Of a stretch of DNA of 64,000 bases, positions 48,940 to 62,885 are shown in pieces. A program made the position numbers and the translations under genes. The stretch is from positions 44,268,001 through 44,332,000 of the forward strand of contig OY740790.1 of the NCBI GenBank assembly GCA_963514005.1, written 5' to 3'. How positions within the stretch are numbered: the stretch's first letter is position 1; every line of letters starts with the position of its first letter. The stretch is from Raja brachyura (lineage: Eukaryota). Under the pieces are notes generated by a model. The model was not told where the DNA came from. It did no database searches and saw nothing but the letters and a program-made list of their open reading frames with translations.

Positions 48940-50345
48940 TTTCTTCTTCAATGAAGGATCCATGAAGCATTGGAGAGGCTGTTGCACAAGCCCTGCTCCC
49001 GAGTATTGAGTGGCGACAGGTTCTAGACTGTAGTCCTTCCTCACAGAGCTTTTGGGATGGCTGCACTGAACTTCACTGCATTCCTCAACACAGTTCATGA
49101 ACTCTGGAAACTGCCTTTTAGCTACATTTTCTTGCAGACATCTCCTTGCACTGGAAGATCACCAATTTCAGACAGACCAAAATGTTGTCTCGCTGAGTTG
49201 TTGATCTTGCAATGACAATTGGTGTTTAACTCGGTATGTGTTCCTGGGAAAGGTCCATGGGTCACAGAGTCCCTTATGGTGCAACTGTTTTGGATGGATC
49301 TTGGCACAAACCACAGCATCAATTTCGAGACCTGGTTGGTGAATGCACGGTCCACAAGGAGGTGGATGATAGGCCCATCCATGTCACGGTCATCCCGAGG
49401 GTAGCATGTGGTGAGATTGAGTCCCCTAATGCATGTCATGTACCTGAGCAGGGAGGGTTCCTCTCAATACCAACCCAGCGACGTTTAGTTTAGAGATACA
49501 GTGCGGAAACAGGCCTTCGGCCCACTCCGACCAGCGATCCCTGCACATTAACACTATCCTACACCCATTAGGGACTATTTCTGCACATCCACCAAGCCAA
49601 TTAACCTACAAACATGTATGTCTTTGGAGTGAGAGGAAACCGAAGATCTCATAGAAAACCCAAGTGGTCATGGGTAAAACGTACAAACTCCGTATAGACA
49701 GCAGCCGTAGTCGGGGCCCAATCCGGGTCTCCGGCGGTACAAGGCAGCAACTCTACCACTGCATCACCGTACCGTCTTGGTGCTTGTTTGTGAGTTCTGG
49801 CGTTCTGCATTCTGCGAGAGATCCACTAACACAGAGCTTCCACAGAGGTTACAGGACAATCCAGGCTGGCCACTGGCTGATGAATGGGGCCGAACGCATT
49901 TTTCCCCAGGAACTTTTCCACGAAAGGCATGTAGTGTGTAAAGTCAGCTGAACAGAACATCATACGGCAACATGGCCAGGCCCATCCTTAGTGAGACCTG
50001 GGCAGCTAGAACGTCCGCACGTAGCAACTCTTGGTGTTTCCGTTCTCTGGCTCTGTGCAGAATGTGTCAGCCGCACATACATACTTTATTCATAAAGCAA
50101 ACATTAAATGTAATGGGGATATGTCCTTCATGGCAGTCATCATACCAACCTTTCAATACATTCTCTTAATGCATTGACCTCCGTCACGTTTCCTCTTCAA
50201 TGGATTCATGAAATGTTTGAGAGTCTGTCTAACAACAGGGCTCGGTCTCTCATGTCTAGTGGCAGCAAGATCGTAGACTGGGTTGAGGCTGCAAGTCACA
50301 GAAGGAGCCATGACCAAACTATCAAAGGACTGTCCTGCCACACGG
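48940..50345 (-). mobile_element. Degraded Tx1-like (L1 group) LINE fragment
   Basis: Minus-strand remnants LRMGLA, MPFVEKFL, IIHLLVD.AF and DSV.HG.FPGTHTE resemble the Tx1 ORF2 C-terminal region as recalled; interrupted by a SINE. Confidence 0.62.
49484..49776 (-). mobile_element. HE1-like SINE
   Basis: Reverse complement of the family at 6791-7087, with TTTAG tail at the left. Confidence 0.85.
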
Positions 50346-50349
50346 CAGA

Positions 50350-50875
50350 AGTATAGTCGGAACATGGCTGCATTTGGAATATTGCGTGTAGTTCTGGTCG
50401 CCCCATTACAGGAAGGATGTGAAGGGTTTGGAGAGGGTGTAAAAGAGTACTGCTTGGATCTGGGGTATTAGCTACAAGGAGTGCTTGTACTTGGATTGCT
50501 TTCTCTGGACTGTCGGAGACAGGAAAGATCTGATATAAGCACATAAAATTATGAGAGGTACAGATAGGAGAGACTGTCAGAACCTTTTTCTCAGGGTGGA
50601 AATGTCAAAGATTAGAGGGCATAGTTTTAATGTCAGAAAGTTTAAAGGAGATGTGTGGGGCAGAGCACAGCACCTGTAATGTACTGCCAAGAGTAGTGGT
50701 GAAAGTAGATATGAAAGTGGAGTTTAAGAAGCTCCAAGATAGGCTCATGGATATCCAAGGAATGGAGTTATATGAATCATGTGCATGCTGAGGAGAAGAA
50801 TTGAACTTGGCCTCATGTTTAGCACATATATTGTGGGCTGAAGGGCCTGCTCCAGTGTTGTACTGTTCTATATTC
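50350..50875 (+). mobile_element. Degraded CR1 3' fragment
   Basis: HLEYCV.FWSPHYRKDV and a CR1-type 3' UTR. Confidence 0.75.
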
Positions 50876-51615
50876 TGTGTAAGTAAGCATCTTAAAGTAA
50901 TGGCTACGATGGAAATTGTGTTTTTGGACTATGGGAAAGATTACATAATGGAAAATTTCACCGTTGTTTATCCTAATCTGATTCATTTCCTGTTTTTCTA
51001 TATATTAATGTATTAATGAGAAAATGGGCCACTCTGTGTTTTGTGTGCTTCTGCAATCAAACTGTGAATGAGCTATGCTTGCAAATTTATAATTAAACCA
51101 CAAAGGAAATCAGTTTAAATGAGAACAATATTAAATTATTCCCTATTTCTGGAGGCTGCAGAATTCTAATCTCAAGGTATAATTGAAGCATAATATTGAA
51201 GCACATATTAAAATTGTGTCTGATTAATTGCATCAAATAATTATCCTTGCCCTGATCTTCTTTTAAGGAACCATGTAATAATTAACTTTTATTTATGCCT
51301 CTTTGACCTTGGAAACCTTGGCAACCTCCTTGCTGCTTGTCCAAGGAAAGTACAGGAACTCCGTGCATTGCAAATATTCTGCCCTACGAAAAATTTTTTA
51401 TACATGCTTATCTCTAAACTAAACCAATGCCACTATGAACTTTCTACTTTTTATAATCATGAATCCAAATAAGTTTATTTTCAATAGGAAATGCAAAGTC
51501 TATTGCAATGCAATTCCAAAACAACTCTGACTGCAGATGATGGAATCTGGAGCAAGCGCTGCACGAATTTAGTGGGTCAAGATGCATCTGTGGAGGGAAA
51601 AGGTGTTAGTTGATA

Positions 51616-52266
51616 CAGTGGCTTGCAAAAGTATTCATACCCCTTGAATGTTTCCACATTTTGTCACATTACAACCACAAACGTAAATGTATTTTATTGG
51701 GATTTTATGTGATAGACCAACACAAAGTGGCGCATAATTGTGAAGTGGAAGGAAAATGATACATGTTTTTCAATTTTTTTACAAATAAAAAACTGAAAGG
51801 TGTGGCGTGCAAAAGTATTCAGCCCCCTTTACTCTGATACTCCTAAATAAATTCCAGTGCAACCAATTGCCTTCAGAAGTCACCTAATTAGTAAATAGAG
51901 TCCACTTGTGTGTAATCTAATCTCAGTATAAATACAACTGTTCTGTGAAGGCCTCAGAGGTTTGTTAGAGAACATTAGTGAACAAACATCATCATGAAGC
52001 CCAAGGAACACACTAGGCAGGTCAGGGATAAAGTTGTGGAGAAGTTTGAAGCAGGGTTAGATTATAAAGAAAATATCCCAAGCTTTGAACATCTCACGGA
52101 GCACTGTTCAATCCATCATCTGAAAATGGAAAGAGTATGGCACAACTGCAAACCTACCAAGACATGGCCGTCCACCTAAACTAACAGGCCGGGCAAGGAG
52201 AGCATTGATCAGAGAAGCAGCCAAGAGGCCCGTGGTAACTCTAGAGGAGCTGCAGAGATCCACAGC
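51616..52266 (+). mobile_element. Tc1 left half, same family as 2891-4496
   Basis: TA|CAGTGGCTTGCAAAAGTATTC, complete left TIR, MKPKEHTRQVRDKVVEKF start at 51994, truncated after EELQRST. Confidence 0.95.
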
Positions 52267-52554
52267 ATGCTTTCCACCCCTATTGTGTTAGATGCTGGGA
52301 TGTTAGGAATCTTGGCAAAATCAATTAAAAAAAAGAATAATATAGAAAAGGCATAAACGGTTTATTAAGACTATTTTACTGATCAACAAGTCCCACAGAA
52401 TCCAACTTAATTGAAATTATAAAAATAAATATTTGTCTGCAAAAATGGGGGAATTTCCCTTTTTTAAAATGTGTTCATCCTATTTCAGAATATTGGTTGC
52501 TTTATTCCTTATGCAACGTAGCTTGCACGGAATTTCAGGTGAATGCATGGTTGA

Positions 52555-53005
52555 ACATGTGTATGAAGGAACTGCAGATGCTGGTTTAAACTGAAGATAG
52601 ACACAAAATCTGGAGTATCTCTGCAGGACAAGCAGCATCTTTGGAGAGAAGGAATAATGTGACCTTTCGGGTCAAGTCTCTTCTTCAGACATGTCAGGGG
52701 AGAGGGAGATACATGGATAAGGAAGTGGAAGGTGTGAAAATAGGACAAAGGGAATAGAGATGATGGAAAATGTTAGCTGGGAGAAGGTAACATTGTTAGC
52801 GGGGAGAAGGTAACAACAAAGCAAACATAGATAAAACGTAGTCGGAGATAATAAGACTGGTCGGTGAACTGGGAAGGGGGAGTGATTCAGAGAGAGGAAA
52901 AGCAAGGGTTACTTGAAGTTAGAGAGGTCAATGTTCATACCACTGGGGTGTAAGCTGCCCAAGTGAAATATGAGGTGCTGTTCCTTCAATTTGCATTGGG
53001 CCTCT
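52555..53005 (-). mobile_element. Penelope-like 3' end (GIY-YIG tail plus terminal repeat)
   Basis: Minus-strand KLKEQHLIFHLGSL.P.GMNID; hammerhead-like CTGAAGAAGAGACTTGACCCGAAAGGTC at ~52660-52688. Confidence 0.82.
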
Positions 53006-53399
53006 CTGGATTGAACATGTTGGGCAAAGGGGTGAAGGCGAGGACGGCTAGAATTAGAGGAAGACCAGAATTAGAGGAAGATTGCAGAACTGCAGAAGAT
53101 TGGGTAGAGATGAATCCACCAGGGAAGAAACATGTGACTGTGACGTGCAAGATTTAAAAGACGAAAGATAACATAGAAGGTTGGTGGGGAATGCAATGTA
53201 GATAGCATTTTGTTTTGAATTCTACGGAAGGTGAAGAATTAGGATCTGATTAGAATAGTTGTTTGGAACAGAGAAAGAGTTGGATAAGTATTGCAGCAGT
53301 TATGAGACATTAAAATATGATGAACAAATTATTTTACCCAAGTTGCTGCACTATACCCAAGCACCTGATTCCCTGAATACAATCCATAACTGTTTTGAA

Positions 53400-53810
53400 A
53401 AATCCCGCGCGGCAACGGCTTGTCGGCTCGCAGTCGCCGCGACATTTACACACCGCCCGGACATCGTGCCTCCGTTAAACTATTGGTAAGTGCCTCCGTG
53501 ACCCTCTATGTGTGTGGCTCCGTGGCCCTGTATGTGTGTGTGTCTCGGTGCCCCTCTCTGTGTGCCCCTCTAAGTCCTGGCGAACTTACCTTGGACTTGC
53601 TTCAAGTTCGCCTCGCTTTGCGTCGCGTTGCGCCACTCACCCAACCTCCGCGCGGCCCCTGCTGCCAGTTTAGTTGCGCTTGCCGCATGCAGGCGCATGC
53701 TGGTGGGACCGGCCCTGTACAGGGGATCACCCGACCTCCGCACGGCCCCCGCTGCCGGTTTGATCGCGTTCATCGCATATAGTTGCGTGCTGGTGGGACA
53801 GGCCCTTTAG
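53400..53810 (+). promoter_or_regulatory. CpG island with probable non-coding first exon
   Basis: CpG-dense patch in AT-rich surroundings; consensus donor TTG|GTAAGT at 53486; diverged 90-bp tandem duplication from 53641. Confidence 0.6.
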
Positions 53811-54724
53811 CAACTGAACTTCCACAACTCTCTAAAGCAGGGAAATTCAAACCTATTCCATCCTGTGATCAGAATAGTCAACTCTTTATTTTGAGACTTC
53901 TCATATCCCAACTAGGGAAAATAATATCTGCACACCTCAGTCAACCCCCTTATAAACATTGTGCATTTTAATGCGATAACTGTCCATCCTTCTAAACCAA
54001 AGAACGTAGACCCAGTCCACTTAAATTCTCCTCATCACAGAATTAATTGTGGATCACTCTTCCTTTGGTTAGAAAATCAGGTCTGTATCCAATATTCCAG
54101 ATATGCTCTTATCAGGGATCTGGGTGGGAGATTGCAATCTTCACATGGTCCACCCTGTTTCGACGAATGCAATCAACCTGGCATGCACAAACAGAGGATC
54201 AATCAGAACAAGTTGTCAGAACAATCAGAACAAGAAGAAGAACATTAGGGATCTGTACAGCTGAAACAAAGTATCTATGAACTCAAAATCTTCTCACAAA
54301 AAAAGGTAATTTCTCTTCCTAATAACTTGCTGCATTTGTAGTCTTTCTGCCAGTGATCTGTGGCAAGAACAAACCAATTTTTATTCTCAGCTCCGATCAG
54401 GTTTCAATCCCTCACCATTAAAAAAATACTGTTTTCTAATTTTCTCACTGCCAAAGTAATGGCCCCAAATTTTTCTATGTATTTTTCCATTGTCTATCTC
54501 CTCAGGTACGCATGTAACCTGAAGTCTCTCTGCATACTCCACACAGCCCATATATTGATGTAAATTGTGAAATCGGGATCTTAGCTATGATCACAGGAGG
54601 ACCTCACACGTTCCAATCTAAAAAAAAAAGTCCATTTATTCCCTTGTTTCCTATTCATTTATTAACTCTCCGTCCATGCCAATAAATTATCCCTAATACT
54701 GTGAACATGAATTTTAGTTAATAA

Positions 54725-55964
54725 CTAGACTGAGTGGGACCCGTTGGGCCCCGTTCCCCCAACGGAATATTCCATCACTCACCCATAGCCACCAACTGCG
54801 CAGGCGCGGCTCATTTCCCCTCATCCCCCAGCATTTCCTCCCCCTCCTCTTCATCCTCCCTCTTCTTTCCCCTCTCCTCTTCCGCTCCCCACTCCCTCCC
54901 TCACCACTCCCTCCCTTTCTCCTACCCTCAGCCATTCCCTCCTTCCCTCCCTCCATAAGCCCTCTCCCCTCACTACCCCCCTCTCTACATCTATCACCCT
55001 GCTCCCCCATTCCTCAACTCTCCCTTATCTCACTCTCCCACTGAACACAATGTTTAAATAACATTTCCCCCCCCTCCCCCCTCCCCCCCTCCAGTGCATC
55101 CTGGAGACAATCAATTGACCCCATGATCGGGGGGGGGGGGGGGCGGCGGCGTCCCCAGAGCCAATCAATGAACTCCATGTTGGGCCGGTGGTGGCGCTTA
55201 CTCCCCCCCCCCCCCATCCCTCCCCCCACAATGAAAATCTCAAATTCTTTTGTAAATGAAACCTCTCCCCTATTCCAACCCCTACAATGAAAATCACAAT
55301 TTTTTTTGTAAATGAAACCTCATGTTGGGGGCGGTGTTGGCGCTCCATGGAGCCAATCAATCGTCTCCACGTTGGCGGGGGGGGGGGGGGGTGTGGCGGT
55401 AGTGGGGTGGCAGTAGGGGGGTGGCATTGGTGCTCACCTCCCCCACCATCCCAGCACACCACAAGGAAATTCTGGATTTTCTTTGTAAATGAAACCTCTC
55501 CCGTATTCCCCCACCCCCACCACAATGAAAACTGCGATTATTTCTGTAAATGAAACCCCCCCCCCCCAAGAATTTGATTTAAACTGATTTTTTTTTAAAT
55601 GTCATTGTGGGTTAAAACACTGCTTATTGGCAGTTTATGTAAATGAAATCCCATTGTGATGTCATTGTTGGGTTAAGCACTGTTCACAGGCAGTTTATGT
55701 AAATGAGATCCCATTGTGGTGCAGATAAAAGGATTTTTTCTCAATGTGGGATTTTGTAAAGTTAAAAATGTGAATAACTTGTAAAATATATCATCAATCT
55801 GAATGAAACTTTGAAACACCACACCACACCACAGAACAATGGTGAGTAAGGTGGTCCAAAAATTGTAATGCTATCGTGTACCTTTGTGTATTGTAATTCA
55901 GGGCATAAATCACACGCAGACAGACTCACTAACAAACAAGATGATTGTTTTAGTAATATGTAGA
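54725..55964 (-). mobile_element. Non-autonomous Helitron
   Basis: On the minus strand starts A|TCTACATATTACTAAAAC and ends GGGGCCCAACGGGTCCC-ACTCAGTCTAG|T: 5' TC, subterminal GC hairpin, 3' CTAG, A/T target, no TSD. Confidence 0.85.
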
Positions 55965-57867
55965 TTTCTTGTGTGGTAAGAAATCAAAGATATCCAATAT
56001 CCATATACACACCACTTGCCTCTGTTTTGCTAGTTGCAATCTCATTTTTATTTAGTGTATTTATCAATCTTTATTTCTAAGGTAGGATCTAGATAGAACA
56101 GACATATAGATAATGTTGTTCTGAAGTTGAAACTGTAAGATCTTTCACATGGGAAGTATCAAATTTTCAACTGAGCTACATAGAATGTCACGGTTTAGAT
56201 AGAAATAGTGGGTGGCGAGGAGAATGAAATCAGGGGCAAGTTCACGAAGGTTTATCTCAGCAAATGAAGCTAATAACTTGGTATTTAATCTGAGTGTTTA
56301 TGTGGAAAGAATTGTGACACAGAGTGGTTATCTGGCAAGATCTGATAATATCCTTTGGACCCACACGGTTCCTTGCATGATAACTGGTGTAAACATTAGT
56401 ATGGGCCATTAAATTGATAATATTATTTAAGCATGTTCCTTTTGCAGCTGGTGACCCTGATTTCACAATGTTATGAGTCATGATGTTTTTGAACAGGTGT
56501 GGTTTGTTGCAAAATGTGAAGGTTGGAACCAGTGTCATTTGGGGAAGGAAGTGGGGATAGAGCAGCTGAGTAGTTGCTGAAATTACACAGCTGTAGCCAG
56601 ATGCCTCTGCCACATCTTCACCATTATCTTCATCACTGGTGCCTATCACTTATTCCAGTTTAACAACATTCTTCCTATAACAGGGTGACCAAAAGTTAAC
56701 ACAATACTTCAAGTGGGGAATCACCCGCTCTTATACAACTGTGACACAATGTACCAACTACTATACTCCATTCTCTTTCGTGTTTTGGTGACCATTGCTG
56801 GGACATATTAAAAGTCAAGGGTCCCAACCATCTGTGGTGTTCGTCAATAGAAACATGTTGCCTGCCAACATCTATGGCCTCTGCTCACATTGTTGAGTTT
56901 GTGCACGAAAAAATTTGGGAAAAGCAAACCTTTACAGAAATTGATTCATTTTGCTGTTACAATCCAAGACTGTAATAAGAAATCTATTTGCTTTTAAGCT
57001 AAGGATCTAATGGAAGTTTAGAAAAGAAAGATAACAATGTGGCTGTGTATCAAATATGTAATTCTGCTCATGCCAGTTTTTTTCATTGTTGTCTTTAAAA
57101 TATGCTACTTCTGTGTAAGGCATATTTTTTGTTTCACCTACTTAATAATATCACTGTATCACATTTTGCAACATTTCTGAGATTATAGTCAAGTGATATG
57201 CAATCACGTGTCATCTTGCATTTTTCTCTCTTTATTTTTGGGCTATTTTTATTCTATTATTCACCCATTTAACATTGCAGGATTAATCTACTGGCAGATT
57301 AAATATTATGTACAGTAAAACAAGATACATAATTGCCCCAACTGGTAATCTGCAAACTGATTGATAAGCAAGCCCTGTATAAAACAGTGCCCCTCACAAT
57401 GTGTATTAGGTTTCAGTGAGTTTCATAGTTGTGGGAGTTTTGGCGTTTCCTGTTTGAAAAATTATTCTCGTTCAAGCGAAAATTTCTTTTGTGTTAACAA
57501 GTAAAGGAATTTTTGGAAAAAGAAATCTAAAGAATTATTTTCAGTTGCCATGCACATATTTTCTATTCATTTGTCATGTTGAGTTCAATAGATCTATTCA
57601 TCTAATTTCTTGATAATTAGTAAAGTACAAATGTCCTTTGTAAAGATGTGAATTCATTATTTTGTTTCTCATTCAAAATCATTTTTAATTGACACTCTTT
57701 GTATAAATCTCTTTTCAGTATTTGGAATTTGCATTATCTTTGGAACAATGACCATATTTAGACAAAATGATCGAGCCCATTTCATTGCATGTTTATCCTT
57801 TGAGTTTTGTTAAACATTAAAGCTATACTTTTGTAAGTTTGAAATCATAATAATCATTAATTTCCCT

Positions 57868-58172
57868 CCATTCCCTGCATATCCATGTGCCTATCTAAAA
57901 GCCTCTTAAATGCCACTATTGTACCTGCCCCCACCACCATCCCTGAGCAACAGTGTATTCCAGGCACCTACCACTCTTATGTGTAATAAAACCTGCCGCG
58001 CACATCTCCTTTAAATCTTTTCCCTCTCATGTTAAATTCATATCGTTGGTCCTTTACACTTCCAACCTGGGGGAAAGGTTCTGACTGTCTCCCCTATCCA
58101 TGCCTCTCACCATTTTAATATACTTCTATCGGGTCCCCCCTCAGACTCCAGTGCTTTAGAGAAAATAATCCA
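57868..58172 (-). mobile_element. CR1 3' fragment, left part (split by the L1)
   Basis: CR1 3' region on the minus strand; continues at 62886 after the L1. Confidence 0.75.
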
Positions 58173-60549
58173 GACTCTTTCCTAGTGGCTGCATGCTGTA
58201 AAGGTTGTAATTTTGTTTGCTTTGTAAACTTTTAACTTCTTGCTTACTACACTTTCAAAGTTGCTTGTTATTACTTGATTTCAAGGCACGGTCTAACCTT
58301 TCTTAAAGTGTTGATAACACTTTTATAGGTTTCAATCATGTAAAGGATGGAGACACGAGGGTAAAGAGCTTCTCCAAGAAAGGACCATGGGGAAGGCGCA
58401 GCTTCTGACTCTGGTATCTTAGAAGCAATATTGAAAATGAAAGATGAAATGAAAAATGAAATGATAACAAGATTTTGCAGTTTGGAAGAAATGATGAAAG
58501 GAATTTCGAGCAAATTGAAGGAATTTCAAGACAAGCTGATTATGTTACATGATGAATCTCGTGAACAGAAGGAACAAATTGATAACTTGCGAACCTTGGG
58601 CCAGGAAAGAGATTTGAAGATTGAAAAACTGGAACGAAAAATGAATGAAAATACTCGGGCGCTCCAGCAATACAAGATTAAAAATATGGATCTGAAAAAC
58701 AGAAGGTCAAGAAGGGGGTAATGTTATAAAATATGCCTCTAAAATGATAATGGAGACTTTCAACACCGAGCACTATGAAAATCTTCCAATTTTGCATAAC
58801 GCACACAGGAGCGAGAAGAAATCTGGCCTCCAAGATAAACCGAGACATTTGATCATTCGGTTTCACTTCTTGCAGATGATGGAGAATATCCTCCAAGCAC
58901 CAAAAAAGTTGGGCATGTTTGAATATGAAGGATGCAAGTTTCGGTTTGTTCCTGATTACTGCTGTGAGCTTTTGGAATTGAGAAAGTCTTTCCATAATGT
59001 AATGTCTGAGTTGTTTAAGAAACAGTTGCACCCCGCCTTGCTTTATCCAGCTAGACTGTGTATACGACTCTTTAATGATAACAATCGATTTTTTAACAAT
59101 CCTCAAGACGCTTCCAGCTTTCTGGAGGCTTATGGGGGTGAAGCCGTGACGGGGAACTACTGATAGTTGATTAAGTTACAATTGGAGATTTATTGTTCCC
59201 TTGTGACAATATATCATTTTGTAAATGATTAAGAATTTAATTGGATGAGTTGTTCTTTAATTACTTTTTAGAATTTGAGTATGATGGTATAAAACAACTT
59301 TTACCTACTCTAAGATACTGTTAATTTATGTAATGGTATTATATATTAATTTTTAAGATCTTCTTTGTTAACTTTTCTATTTTTTAAATCAAAGGAATTT
59401 TTCCCTGTCTTTAGACAAATAAAATGAATGCAGTTCTTGTTTTTCATATTTTGACCTTGGATAAATAATATGAAGTAGCTCTTGTCTTCCACAGTTAACA
59501 TGAATTTCTTAACCATAACATTAATTTTGTTTTTGGCTATTAAGTGGTAAATATGATAAAAATAAAACTTTTTACATTGGGTGCTGTCATTAGGAGAGAT
59601 GGGAGTAGGGAAGGGATTAAGTAGCGTACTGACTGTCTATTGGTCAGTTTCGGGCCTTGCATGGGAGGGTGGGGGTGGGGGGGGGGGGTCTTTCGCTTTT
59701 AGCTTAGTTTTTTTCTATCTGGGCAGAATTTGAACTACAAAAATGTCTGAAATGTCATCACTTCTGGCTCCGCCTTAGATTCTTCTCCTTCCGGTATCAT
59801 GAACTGTTATGCTTTAAGAAATTAACCCTTTATGTTCCATATGATTTTTACAAACAATATGGATAAAGTTATTAACTTCCATTCATGGAGTGTGAATGGT
59901 TTGAGCCATCCCATTAAGAGAATTTTTTTTTAAGTTCTTCATAGACTAAATACTCAGATTATCTTTGTTCAGGAAATTCATGTAAGGAAAGATGACAATC
60001 AACGATTTTTTAAGTTTTGGAGAGGACAGCAGTTTCATTCGAATTTACAGGCTAAGGTGAAAGGAGTCTCTATTTTTATTGACTCCTCAATTTTGTTTGT
60101 ACATTATGAAACGATTTCTGATCCATATAGTAGATTTGTGATGATTACTGGTGTTCTTCATCACCAAAAAGTTGTTATGGTGAATGTTTATGCACCTAAT
60201 ATTGATCACCCTAAGATTTTCAAACAGTTAATCGCATCCTTTCCTAATTTAAATCAACATCTTTTAATAATGGGTGGAGATTTTAACTGTTGTTTGAACC
60301 CCTCGATGAACCCCTCAATCTGCATCTGATCATGTGCTTCCAAATAAATCAGCTAATTCTTTTTTACTTGACTCTGGAATGTTTGAAGTCTGGCGATTTC
60401 TACACCCAAATGACAAAGAGTTTTCTTTTTTCTCTCATATATGTCATAGTTACTCTAGGATTGACTACTTTATAATAGATTCTCGGCTAGTTTCATCGGT
60501 CACTGTGTGTGAGTATGATGCAATTGCTATTTCTGATCATGCACCATTG

Positions 60550-60723
60550 AAGAGGGCGTTAGATGTGGCACTTGGGGCTAAAGGGATCAGGGGGTATGGA
60601 GAGAAGGCAGGTACGGGATACTGAGTTGGATGATCAGCCATGATCACATTGAATGGCGGTGCAGGCTCGAAGGGCCGAATGGCCTACTCCTGCACCTATT
60701 TTTCTATGTTCTATGTTTCTATG
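60550..60723 (+). mobile_element. CR1 3' end inserted in the L1 endonuclease
   Basis: Near-identical to ~490-663 including the TTTCTATG tail; interrupts L1 just after SDHAPLK. Confidence 0.9.
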
Positions 60724-61924
60724 AAACTATCAATTAAATTACCTGATTCCAAGTTTAGTGCTAAACAATGGCGATTTAATACTACTTTGCTTCAAGATCT
60801 AAATTTTGTTAATTTTATTAAAGCTCAGATCACTTTTTTCTTCTTAACAAATTCTACTGAAGAAATATCCAATGGTGTAGTCTGGGATGCTTGTAAGGCA
60901 TATTTTCATGGACAAATTATTTCATACTCCACGGGATAAATAAAACAAACTCAAAATGAAATACGTATATTGACTGATGAGATTAAATAAATTGATAAAA
61001 AATATTAAAAAGCTCCTAGTCTAGAGCTCCATAAGAATATTGAACTTCAATTGAGACATGATTTGTTATTAGTATCACCGATTGAGAATCAGTTACTGAA
61101 AACCAAAAGTCAATTTTATATATATGGTGATAAATCTGGTAAATTACTCGCTAATCAATTGAAAACTGTGTCAGCCAAATGTCAGATGACTAAAATGAGT
61201 AAACGGGATGGTATATTGACTGTAGACCATGATGAAATTAATAAATCCTTTCAGGAATTGTATACCTCTCTATACCAATCAGAATTTCCTACTGATTCCA
61301 ATATAATGCAAGAGTTTTTAAAGAAACTGAACTTGCCAAATGTACCACATAATGAATCTCTGTTGCTAGATTAACCCATCATGGAGGAAGAAATACAGAA
61401 AGCAATCCTTTCAATGAATTCTGGTAAAGCTCCTGGTTTAGATGGGTTTACAGTGGAATTTTTAAAGTATTTCTCAAGTTTACTGTCTCCCTGGCTATGC
61501 AAGGTTTTTAAAGAAGCCTTTTTAATGAATAGATTACCACAATCCTTTTATGAAGCATCTATTTCTTTAATTCTTAAAAAAGATAAAGTTCCTACTGGAG
61601 TGACATCATATCTCATAATCTACCCAACTCACATTTCTTTAGAATTTACAAATTAGATATTTGTTGAGGGCTACTCAACCCTTTTTTTCCGTTACCACAT
61701 CAAACCGAAATCTTGGAAAACATTTTACATTTGAACCCTTATCAGAAGGCTCAATAACATTGAGTTGATTTTTAAATTAAAAAAAGATACATTTGATAAA
61801 ATTAAGAATGATTGGGAAAGAGAACTTCAAATTTCTCTATCTATAGAGAAATGGGAGAGAATCGTCAATCTTCAATTAGTTAATACTTCCTCAATGTGTG
61901 CATGCCACGCTTTGATACAATTTG

Positions 61925-62132
61925 AGGAAGGACATTCTTGCTATTGAGGGAGTGCAGCGTAGGTTTACAAGGTTAATTCCTGGGATGGTGGGACTGAGAG
62001 AATGGAGCAGCTGGGCTTGTACACTTTGGAGTTTAGAAGGATGAGAGGGGATCTCATTGAAACATATAAGATTATTAAGGGTTTGGACATGCTAGAGGCA
62101 GGAAACATGTTCCCGATGTTGGGCGAGTCCAG
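61925..62132 (+). mobile_element. CR1 internal fragment inside the L1
   Basis: [20 protein letters not shown] and RRMRGDLIETYKI. Confidence 0.85.
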
Positions 62133-62147
62133 ATGTTAGAATCTATT

Positions 62148-62243
62148 GGGGGTTACACAAAAAGCTGGAGAAACTCAGTGGGTGCAGCAGCATCTAAGGA
62201 GCGAAGGAGATAGGCGACATTTCGGGTCGAGACCCTTCTTCCT
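62148..62243 (-). mobile_element. Solo Penelope terminal repeat
   Basis: Reverse complement nearly identical to 16090-16181, ending at the same GTGTAACCC. Confidence 0.88.
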
Positions 62244-62885
62244 TCAGATTCTATTTATCTGTCCCGTTCCACTCATCGGCTGATTGCTTTTACCACATTA
62301 ATTGCCAGATGATCTATTTTATTTAAATGGAAAGACTCTAATCCTCCGACCACATTCCATTGGTACTCTGAAATGATATCATGTTTAAATTTAGAAAAAA
62401 TTATGAGTGACATTGTTCAACCCTTGGTTAAATTTGATAGGACTTGGGGAAGATGTATTCGACATTTTCATACGACATAAATTGTCCCCTCTCCAACTGT
62501 TATAATAATTCTTTTACCTTTATACAGTGCAACAGATCTGACGACAAACAGGGACTTAAATTGTTGGAATTCTTTGCAGCGCAGATTCTGTTTTGCTTTT
62601 TTTTAGTTTAGGGGGGTTTTACTTTTTCATTTTTTCTCATTTTTTCTTTTTTTTCTTTTTATCTTTTTGTTTTTATACGTATGTTCTCTTTTAAACACAA
62701 CTATATTTACATAGAGACAGGGAGTTCTATATTCCATGTGTATTTTGACACTGGACTCACATTTAGGTTATACCTGTTATTAATGTAACCTCATCCCTTT
62801 GTATCAATATCATTGTTATGTTCATCATTATTTTTTTGTTGTCTTGTTTTTGCTTTTGAAAATAACTAATAAAAAGGTTTTAAAG

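Larger units (their letters stand above)
58173..62885 (+). mobile_element. L1-clade LINE with both ends, internal RT deletion and nested insertions
   Basis: ORF1 coiled coil, NRRSRR, NAHRS, PRHLIIRF, FVPDY, LLYPARL; APE NVYAPN, MGGDFN, YSRIDYF, SDHAP; RT start GKAPGLDGF; 3' UTR and AATAAA; 14-bp TSD GAGAAAAT(A/G)ATCCA at 58159-58172 and 62886-62899. Confidence 0.92.
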
